Positions 57,206-64,000 of a stretch of DNA of 64,000 nt are shown one piece after another. A program made the translations under genes and the position numbers. This stretch comes from an uncultured bacterium (lineage in GTDB: Bacteria; Fidelibacterota; Marinisomatia; Marinisomatales; JACNKV01): positions 60,331 to 124,330 of the forward strand of contig CAYLYH010000001.1 in the NCBI GenBank assembly GCA_964388155.1, in the 5' to 3' direction. Below the pieces are notes generated by a model. It was not told the origin of the DNA. It ran no database searches and saw only the letters and a program-made list of their open reading frames with translations. Positions within the stretch are counted from its first letter, which is position 1; each line of letters starts with the position of its first letter.

Positions 57206-58492
57206 TCACTTTCCTTTTTCGATGGTTCCGGTTAGTGTATTCAATTTTGACATAGATTTGAGATAACTCACCAAGGCTTGTTCATAATTCAGTGTAAATA
57301 TCAAATGCCGACGCTGAGCATCTATAAGAGTTAATAAATCAACTTTATCTGCTATATAGGCTTTTTCCGAAACGCTCAGAGATTCCAGACTTTTCGGGAT
57401 CAGCGATTTCTTATACAACTGTACTCTGCGCTCAGCATCCTCTAATTCAAAGATTGTTGTTTCAATATCGACGGCTAACTGATTTTTTACCGATTCAACG
57501 TGATATGTTGCGGCATCCAGTTCTAATTTTGCGGATTGAATAGACTTTTTTGTTTTTCCAAACCAAATTGGCAAATCGATGGCGACCTTAAAGAGGAGTG
57601 GATCCTTTCCACTTTCGGCACTGCCGACTTTGCTGCCGGTCCCAATATAGTCCATCCCAATTCCAATATCCGGATACCAATTCAACTTCGTTCGTTTCAA
57701 TGTTTTGCTGTTCATGTTTATCCCTTGCTCAGCAGATAGCACCATCGGGTTATCTTTTTCCGCTAAACGAAAGACATCATCCGAAAAATACTCATTCGGA
57801 ATAAAATCTAAAGAATCCGGGACAACGATATTCTGCAACTCCGGATCATTCAATAACGATCGAAAATTTTCTAATATCGGGAGTTGTTTTGCTTCGAGTG
57901 ATTCCAGTTTGTCTTTTAATTGAATTCGTTCAATTTGCGTTTTGATTAAATCAGGGTGCCCCGCACGAGCCGTCATATATTTACTCCGAACAACCGTTTC
58001 CCAATTCAGAACTAAATCATAATTTTGCCGGGTTATGAAAATAGCTCGTGTCAAATAATAATAATCATACCACGTTGATTTTACTGCGTGAATAATTGCC
58101 AAGCGTTTCGCCTGAAGTTGCTGAAACAGAATCTCCGCTCTTGCGGATTGGATTTCGCCTTGAGTTTTTCGTTTTCCAAACCATGGAAACTTTTGCAAAA
58201 CCCCAATTTTGTATTCCTGAGGACCGATAGCGGTTTCGACATTCTCAAGGAAATAGCCAAAACTGAGTGTTGGGTTTGGCAACCCCTTTGCAACGGAAAT
58301 TCTTTCCTCAGCAGCCTTCCAACGTTTAAACGCCGTGTGGATATCCACATTATTTTTTTGGGCAATATGAAGGTAGGCATTTAACATGAGCGTCTTCTGG
58401 GAGTTTGATCCCATGGTGGGAGCAAATCCGATGGTAAACACGATGACGAGTGTTAAAATATTTTGTTTAACTTGCGCAGAATATTTACGCAT
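57206..58492 (-). CDS. TolC-family outer-membrane efflux protein
   Basis: The ORF track extends to 58555. I prefer the ATG at 58492 (MRKYSAQVKQNILTLVIV...) because AAGGAG lies 5 nt upstream. The protein has two TolC-type repeat halves, and its stop is 1 nt from the adaptor gene start. Confidence 0.8.
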   Translation of the reverse strand: MRKYSAQVKQNILTLVIVFTIGFAPTMGSNSQKTLMLNAYLHIAQKNNVDIHTAFKRWKAAEERISVAKGLPNPTLSFGYFLENVETAIGPQEYKIGVLQKFPWFGKRKTQGEIQSARAEILFQQLQAKRLAIIHAVKSTWYDYYYLTRAIFITRQNYDLVLNWETVVRSKYMTARAGHPDLIKTQIERIQLKDKLESLEAKQLPILENFRSLLNDPELQNIVVPDSLDFIPNEYFSDDVFRLAEKDNPMVLSAEQGINMNSKTLKRTKLNWYPDIGIGMDYIGTGSKVGSAESGKDPLLFKVAIDLPIWFGKTKKSIQSAKLELDAATYHVESVKNQLAVDIETTIFELEDAERRVQLYKKSLIPKSLESLSVSEKAYIADKVDLLTLIDAQRRHLIFTLNYEQALVSYLKSMSKLNTLTGTIEKGK

Positions 58493-58592
58493 ATTTCTCC
58501 TTGTTGTTTTAATTGTGAAACACAAATTTGAACCCGCACGGACGCACGAATCCAATCAATGGGAATTAACCCATTTTAATCAAAGGAGTTTT

Positions 58593-58976
58593 CTATATTC
58601 GAAGGGGTGTGAAAAAAGAAGGGGGTGGTTCAGGGGGGTGAGATATTTCTACAACGTGTGTAGATTTATCTTGATCATCAATCTCCGGTTCTATATGTAC
58701 AATTTCATCAGTCGTAAAGTCGATTACATTCTCAAACTGAGAAACCGGAGCGGATAATATGGGAATAAACAGCGTTGCGTTGCTGCATTCACTCATTGCC
58801 ATTGAGCAAGATTCATCCATAGATATATCCATTATGCAGCAAGAGTTTTCACCGTTTTCGCAACATGGATTGTCACAATCATGGACTTGAATTAACGGCA
58901 TTGCCGACATACTTACCATGAATGTCACAAATGTGATGGATATGAATTGTTTTACCATACACATAATATTACACAT
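58593..58976 (-). CDS. Small Cys-rich, acidic membrane-anchored protein at the head of the efflux operon
   Basis: ~120 aa with an N-terminal TM helix, then HDCDNPCCENGENSCCIMDISMDESCSMAMSEC, an acidic tail and a C-terminal PPEPPP. The layout resembles the small DUF6660-type proteins I recall next to czc/cus genes in Bacteroidota. The start codon is uncertain. Confidence 0.4.
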   Translation of the reverse strand: MCNIMCMVKQFISITFVTFMVSMSAMPLIQVHDCDNPCCENGENSCCIMDISMDESCSMAMSECSNATLFIPILSAPVSQFENVIDFTTDEIVHIEPEIDDQDKSTHVVEISHPPEPPPSFFTPLRI

Positions 58977-59012
58977 AGGTTAGAATAAGTTCCTAATTAT
59001 TTTAATTCTACC

Positions 59013-59546
59013 TTATTTGACCAATTTTATTAACTGTCGGAAGGTCTCTCCTTCTGCGATTTCCTGAAGTTCAAAAAGAATGCTCTCTACGCTGGTTTGA
59101 GATCCGCCTGCTAAAAGAATTCCATCCAGCCCAATTTGTTTGTTAAACTCAGTCCGAGACGAAACAGCATCAGCAACGACGGCAACATCATAATTTTCAA
59201 GCAAATCTTTCGCTGTCTGCAATACGCAAACATGCGTTTCAATTCCCGCGAGCAAAATATGGTGAGGTTTCAATGCTTCCAACTTCTTCATAAATACCTC
59301 ATCACGGGCACAGCTAAACATATTTTTTATTATAGGTTCGCCCTTCAATAATTTGGAAATGTCTGGTATCGTCGGACCTAACTTGTCGGGAGTTTGTTCT
59401 GTCCATAGGATAGAAATACCCAAAAGATGTGCGCCATTTATAAGAATTTTCAGATTCCGGATAAAGTTTTCACTATCCTGTACAATTTTAGCGAGTTTTC
59501 CTTGAACATCGATGACAACAAGGACGGTATGATTTTTACATGGCAT
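59013..59546 (-). CDS. Isochorismatase-family hydrolase
   Basis: 177 aa with VLVVIDVQ (catalytic Asp region) and GIETHVCVLQTA (catalytic Cys). Confidence 0.8.
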   Translation of the reverse strand: MPCKNHTVLVVIDVQGKLAKIVQDSENFIRNLKILINGAHLLGISILWTEQTPDKLGPTIPDISKLLKGEPIIKNMFSCARDEVFMKKLEALKPHHILLAGIETHVCVLQTAKDLLENYDVAVVADAVSSRTEFNKQIGLDGILLAGGSQTSVESILFELQEIAEGETFRQLIKLVK

Positions 59547-59548
59547 TT

Positions 59549-60043
59549 TTACCTCAATTTTTTTTCATAGATTAGCGACCAACTTTCGACATCTTTGCCG
59601 GTCTTAACAATTTGAAGACCACCTAACATATAGTTTGTCTTCAACGTTAATTGGTTGATGAGCTTTTGTTTATCATCTGTACCCATAATTTTGTAGATCA
59701 GACTGATATGAGGGTTGAAATTATATTTGGTATCCGAATGAAATATTTTTTCAATTTCGTCATTAACCCGGTTTAACTCTCTCGTTTGTTTAATTTGTAA
59801 AAAGAGAGTTTTCCATAATAAAGACGAATACTGTAAAGACTTAATTTTGATTGGGATTTTCTTTACATGTTTCAACATTCGATTAAGTTCTGAAATGTGA
59901 TTTTGAGACACGTCATAAATTCCGCTGTAAACCGTCAAATGCGGTGAGAATATTGGAGACTGATATCGTTCACCTAACTGTTGAATTATTTTCTTCAGAT
60001 AATGCGTATCCTCTTGTCCGGGTGTTAACCATACTGAGTACAT
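59549..60043 (-). CDS. 2H phosphoesterase superfamily protein (LigT/cyclic phosphodiesterase-like)
   Basis: 164 aa with two H-x-(T/S)-x motifs (PHLTVY and PHISLIY) at the expected spacing. Confidence 0.6.
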   Translation of the reverse strand: MYSVWLTPGQEDTHYLKKIIQQLGERYQSPIFSPHLTVYSGIYDVSQNHISELNRMLKHVKKIPIKIKSLQYSSLLWKTLFLQIKQTRELNRVNDEIEKIFHSDTKYNFNPHISLIYKIMGTDDKQKLINQLTLKTNYMLGGLQIVKTGKDVESWSLIYEKKLR

Positions 60044-60348
60044 AGATAAAGTTAATCATTTTAACCAGAATAATTCCCCAAAAATAATATCCCGTAAATG
60101 GCGCGGGCTGTGAACGCACAGGATTGATAATATCAGCAAATTAACTAGTGAAAACAGTACAGGATAATATGATCTTTTTATTCTCTTGATTCGTAAGTCA
60201 TGACCGTTATATTTTCTCTCGATTAATCTGCATGGTGAATCGCTTTTAGATCATTAATAATTGGTGTATCTCTCTACACGTGGCGGCTGTTTTCAAAGGT
60301 CTTTTCTGATCCTATCTCACTCCTTTTGGTTGCCTACAAAAGAATCGT

Positions 60349-60373
60349 GGATAGAAAAGTTTCCTTTCTATCC
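60349..60373 (+). promoter_or_regulatory. Perfect 9-bp stem-loop in the long leader/intergenic region upstream of the Rrf2 gene
   Basis: GGATAGAAA-agtttcc-TTTCTATCC is followed by TTTG. An alternative partner, CCTATC, lies at 60311-60316. A second palindrome, ATGAGA-atc-TCTCAT, lies at 60381-60395. Confidence 0.3.
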
Positions 60374-60543
60374 TTTGAAAATGAGAATCTCTCATGCATT
60401 TACGTATGGATTATTCCATGATATTTACATAGCCCGTCCGTGTAGGGTACCTGCCATTAAAACAGTTTCTGTTTATTTTTTCATTCAATCTTGACACACC
60501 ATTATATTAAGTGGTAGGTTTACAGCAAATAAAGGATAACATA

Positions 60544-61005
60544 ATGCTATACTCAAAATCAGCAGAATACGCTATTCAAGCCATGATTTATCTGGCAGAG
60601 AAGAATTCACCCAAACCAACGATGGTCAGTGAAATCGCTGAGGCGTATGCCATACCACAACAATTTCTTGCAAAAATTGCGCAAATTTTAAGTAAACATC
60701 AACTTCTGATTGCTATTCGTGGAAGAAATGGCGGTGTCAGACTTGGCAGACCGGCAAACGAAATATTCCTGGATCAAATTGTATATGTAGTAGATGGACC
60801 TCAACAACCCGAAGCACGGTGCGTAATTGGGCTAGATAAATGTTCAGACGAAGCTCCTTGTCCGCTACATCATAAGTGGAAAGTCATTCGAGAGGATATC
60901 CGCGATATGTTGGTCGCAGAAGATTTGGAAACATTAGCAAAAAGAGTTATTGGTAAACGAAAATTGATGAAAGAAGTCGGATTGGCTGCTTTAGTATCTG
61001 ATTAG
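60544..61005 (+). CDS. Rrf2-family transcriptional regulator (IscR/NsrR-like, Cys-ligand type)
   Basis: The ORF track starts at GTG 60511. I prefer the ATG at 60544 (MLYSKSAEYAIQAMIYLAE...) because AAGGA lies 8 nt upstream. The protein has a winged-helix N-terminus and a C-terminal Cys cluster (C..x..C.....C in RCVIGLDKCSDEAPCPLH). Confidence 0.85.
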   Translation: MLYSKSAEYAIQAMIYLAEKNSPKPTMVSEIAEAYAIPQQFLAKIAQILSKHQLLIAIRGRNGGVRLGRPANEIFLDQIVYVVDGPQQPEARCVIGLDKCSDEAPCPLHHKWKVIREDIRDMLVAEDLETLAKRVIGKRKLMKEVGLAALVSD

Positions 61006-61061
61006 TATAAAAATATCTTTCGCGTAATTTAAACAATTACAGCCCGGAGACTTAATCTTGC

Positions 61062-62099
61062 TTAATATTGGTTCTTTTTGCGTTCTTTATTATATTTTTC
61101 AGATGCGAGTTTTCTCATATCAACGACAGAGTCGTGCTCATCAACGATTTCTACACCCAATAAGGTTTCGATAGCATCCTCCAGGGTAATGATACCTGTG
61201 GTGGTTCCAAATTCATCTGTCACGATAAACATTTGCTGACGTCTTTTGACAAATTCGTCTAAGATAAACGCGACGGAATCTTCTTGCTGAACAAAGTAAA
61301 CCGGTTCATGAAGTTCTTCCATGGTAACATCAAACTGATCTTCCGCTTGTTTGTTCACTAAATCGTATCGGTGAATCACGCCGATTACGTCGTCCATATC
61401 TTTGTTATATACCGGAATTCTTGAAAAGGCGATTGGTGAATGTTCTTGTATTATTTCCCCAACAGTTTGGTCTTTTTGAAGTGCAAATACGACATTCCTT
61501 GGAGTCAAAACATCTTCAGCAGGAACTTCATTCAGAGTCAGTAAGTTATCTATGATATCACTTTCTTTTTCCAAAATTGTTCCTTCATGTTCTCCAACTT
61601 CTGCCATTGCAATCACCTCTTCTCGAGATACTTTTTGAGGGACTGATCGTTTGTGTATAAGTTTAGAAAAATGTTCCGAAAAATACACAAACGGGAATGT
61701 GATAAAAATGAGACCGCGAATGGTATACGCCGCAACAGATACCAGGGATTTCCAGTAAATTGCACCGATTGTTTTTGGAATTATCTCAGAAAATATTAGG
61801 ATAGATAAGGTCAAAATACCTGACGACAAGGCTACCCATTTATTACCAAATAACATCAACGTCTGTGCTCCAACACCAGCTGCACCCACCACATTCGCAA
61901 TAGTATTCAGTGTTAATATCGCTGCCAACGGGCGATTGATATCTTTTTTAAGGTTTTGCATGATATCGCCGCCTAACATATCGGTTTTCGCCATCACCGC
62001 AGCGTGTGCATGGGTAACCGATAGAATGATGGATTCGAGAAGTGAACAAAGAAAAGACACCCCCAATGCCAAGAAAAAGTATAGGAACAGCAGATTCAT
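61062..62099 (-). CDS. CNNM/DUF21 + CBS-pair membrane protein (HlyC/CorC-type transporter family)
   Basis: 345 aa with an N-terminal 4-TM DUF21-like domain followed by a tandem CBS pair (TPRNVVFAL...IPVY...IGVI, FIVTDEFGTTTGIITLEDAIE). Confidence 0.8.
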   Translation of the reverse strand: MNLLFLYFFLALGVSFLCSLLESIILSVTHAHAAVMAKTDMLGGDIMQNLKKDINRPLAAILTLNTIANVVGAAGVGAQTLMLFGNKWVALSSGILTLSILIFSEIIPKTIGAIYWKSLVSVAAYTIRGLIFITFPFVYFSEHFSKLIHKRSVPQKVSREEVIAMAEVGEHEGTILEKESDIIDNLLTLNEVPAEDVLTPRNVVFALQKDQTVGEIIQEHSPIAFSRIPVYNKDMDDVIGVIHRYDLVNKQAEDQFDVTMEELHEPVYFVQQEDSVAFILDEFVKRRQQMFIVTDEFGTTTGIITLEDAIETLLGVEIVDEHDSVVDMRKLASEKYNKERKKNQY

Positions 62100-62138
62100 C
62101 TACAAGAATTTACGACTTAAAGAAAGAAATTTTGTACA

Positions 62139-62834
62139 CTAATTATTTTTCTTTCGATACTGGATTCCAAACGGAAGATACACGATTGCAAAATGTAGCA
62201 ATCCCGCCAATTCAAGTCCAATTAAATGATACGGAAATTCACCCACAAGAAACGGATTCTCAACAGACGGCGGTGCGCAGAGGTACATATAATTCGCATC
62301 CAACAGCCAGTTGAGACTTCCCACAATAGGCAGAAGTAGCTGAGACCAAAGGAATATTTTCCACCATGATCCTTTTCGCGGTTTCATCTTATATAATAAG
62401 GTCACCCAAAGCGCGGATAAAATTATTCCCCCGTGAGACACAAAATATTCAATAAAAAACAACCCATCCGTTCCTAAGGTAAATTCCGGAGTCATCAGCG
62501 AATGAAAGGCTCCCGGTATGCCCCAAAAATATACAATTTCGTACATCCACTGACGCTTAAATAACAAAAGCAAGCCTGATAACAGAGCCGATATTGCGCA
62601 CATCTGCAGCGGTAAACTTGACTGAAGAGACCAACGTCCTAATGCTAATTGATACGGATGGCTGAGAATTGCCACGGAGAGTAAAAACCCTCCCAAAATG
62701 AACGTGGTTTTATGCAGCCAAACTACGTTCATCTTTTTTCCCAGGATCAAAAACAAAAATACAACGACAACCGTAGGTGCATTTCCCACCCACCATTGTT
62801 GTCCAAATAATGGAATAATTTCATGTTCTATCAT
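62139..62834 (-). CDS. Integral membrane protein, YwaF/TIGR02206-like
   Basis: 231 aa with ~7 TM helices and the motifs LPLQMCAIS and ANYMYLCAPP, which are characteristic of that family as I recall it. Confidence 0.55.
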   Translation of the reverse strand: MIEHEIIPLFGQQWWVGNAPTVVVVFLFLILGKKMNVVWLHKTTFILGGFLLSVAILSHPYQLALGRWSLQSSLPLQMCAISALLSGLLLLFKRQWMYEIVYFWGIPGAFHSLMTPEFTLGTDGLFFIEYFVSHGGIILSALWVTLLYKMKPRKGSWWKIFLWSQLLLPIVGSLNWLLDANYMYLCAPPSVENPFLVGEFPYHLIGLELAGLLHFAIVYLPFGIQYRKKNN

Positions 62835-63097
62835 ATTTACTCATTTCATTTGAAGGTAAAAGTACGTAAAATTATTTGCAAAAAAAACGAAAAATCCTTT
62901 TTTAATAGGATAAACCTATCCTAATTTCTGCTTAGGAAAGAAGCAAATTTACGACAATTACACATGATGAAGCTGAGTTCAGCAGAACTTTCCCCCTGTT
63001 TGGCACCATCCCGGTTGCCACCATATTATATGTATTTTGATTTTACAATCCTGTATATTCAAACAAATAACCACTAACTAAACGAGAAATACGTGCA

Positions 63098-64000
63098 ATG
63101 AATATGTACAATCTGAAACTAGAAAAGGTATCGGATTTCATCGTGCATCTCCAAAAATACGGAGAGGTGATTGCACCTCATCCAATCGGAGATGCATCTT
63201 ACTCTTTTTCTACGGTAACCAATCCAAACACTGTTGAATTAGACTATAACCGAACCCTTCAATCCATCAAGAAAGAGTTTCTCCCACCACGGGAGAAAAT
63301 CTTATCCTATTCCACTGAATCCAATCAGTACGAAAAAGTGGAATTAAAAGCAGAACCACGGATATTTCTTGGTGTACACAGCTACGATATGCAGGCTGTT
63401 TTAAAATTGGATTTTAATTTTTCACAAGGCAATCCAGAATTGAATTATCTTAAACGAAGAGAAAATACCACATTTATCGGTGTCTCTTACTCCTCTGATA
63501 AATATCATTTTGGTCGATCTGTCGGTATCCCTGTGGAAGAATTAAACGGTTTTGACCTGTTTCTTCGAAAAAATAAATCAGGATTTACCATTATCGTGGT
63601 AACTGAAAAAGGTGAGAAACTACTTAAAGAATTTTCGTTACCCGAAGAATCCGAAAACACACCCGAAAATTCAATAGAGTTTTCGACACAAATTAAAATC
63701 AATTATAATCGTCTGCCCGAATTATTTGAACATGCGTGGAACTCCCCTGTTTGGGAGTCAGTTTCCAAAAAATGCGTCGGATGCGGAACATGCAACCTAG
63801 TTTGCCCGACGTGCTACTGCTTCAATGTGGAAGACGACGTAGACATCTCCCTGAAAAACGGAACCCGTGACCGCCATTGGGACGGCTGCATGCTTAATAG
63901 TTTTGCTGCCGTCGCGGGGGGCGAGAATTTTCGTGAATCCTTGGGAGAGCGACAACGGCATCGAATCTACCGAAAATTCAAGTACATTAGTGACATCACC
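63098..64000 (+). CDS. 4Fe-4S cluster protein, AsrA/HydB-like (anaerobic sulfite reductase subunit A / sulfhydrogenase beta family); 3' end off window
   Basis: Not in the ORF track because it has no stop in the window. The ATG at 63098 opens a 301-codon frame: MNMYNLKLEKVSDFI...CVGCGTCNLVCPTCYCFNVED...WDGCMLNSFA. Confidence 0.6.
   Translation, partial: MNMYNLKLEKVSDFIVHLQKYGEVIAPHPIGDASYSFSTVTNPNTVELDYNRTLQSIKKEFLPPREKILSYSTESNQYEKVELKAEPRIFLGVHSYDMQAVLKLDFNFSQGNPELNYLKRRENTTFIGVSYSSDKYHFGRSVGIPVEELNGFDLFLRKNKSGFTIIVVTEKGEKLLKEFSLPEESENTPENSIEFSTQIKINYNRLPELFEHAWNSPVWESVSKKCVGCGTCNLVCPTCYCFNVEDDVDISLKNGTRDRHWDGCMLNSFAAVAGGENFRESLGERQRHRIYRKFKYISDIT

Noticed and set aside
60261-60494. 77-aa plus-strand ORF in the long intergenic region
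   Set aside because: It has no recognisable motif, signal peptide or RBS, and it overlaps the hairpins. It is more likely non-coding.
1-64000. Looked for tRNA, rRNA, tmRNA, RNase P RNA, SRP RNA, CRISPR repeats, transposase or integrase genes, and toxin-antitoxin or restriction-type defence genes
   Set aside because: I recognised none by eye. The intergenic space is small apart from 55116-55410 and 60044-60543, which are reported separately. A covariance-model scan would be needed to exclude small RNAs.

Overview
This is an AT-rich, gene-dense bacterial chromosomal segment. I call about 57 protein-coding genes, and all but four are on the minus strand. I saw no rRNA, tRNA, CRISPR array, transposase, integrase or phage genes.

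Several proteins end in T9SS-type C-terminal sorting domains ('NYPNPFNP...') and there is a PorV-like gene. Together with the overall gene content, this suggests an uncultured member of the FCB (Fibrobacteres-Chlorobi-Bacteroidetes) superphylum. Unlike Bacteroidetes proper, it appears to use Shine-Dalgarno sites.

Most of the window is housekeeping: hrcA-grpE-dnaJ, ftsEX, nadD, bamD-like, glyA, mreBCD-mrdA-rodA, ispG and yifB/comM. It also carries a TRAP transporter with a TatT-like TPR partner, an alanine/glycine:cation symporter and suhB.

The accessory-looking part is roughly 41-59 kb:
- **Hairpin-bracketed gene string (41147-50791).** It joins secreted, T9SS and outer-membrane proteins to a tightly coupled module of a PqqD-like protein, an ATP-grasp ligase, an Orn/DAP-type PLP decarboxylase and a fused urea-transporter-like/M23-peptidase protein. 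I cannot assign this module to a described pathway, and it is my best candidate for something new.
- **In-frame TAG (49501-49503).** One secreted beta-helix/T9SS protein in that string is interrupted by a single in-frame TAG.
- **Cus/Czc-type efflux locus (50809-58976).** It carries extra small Cys/His-rich and 'CPM...CGM' metal-binding proteins, and a GC-rich palindromic repeat cluster sits between the adaptor and pump genes.

All functional calls come from reading motifs in the supplied translations. No database search was run.
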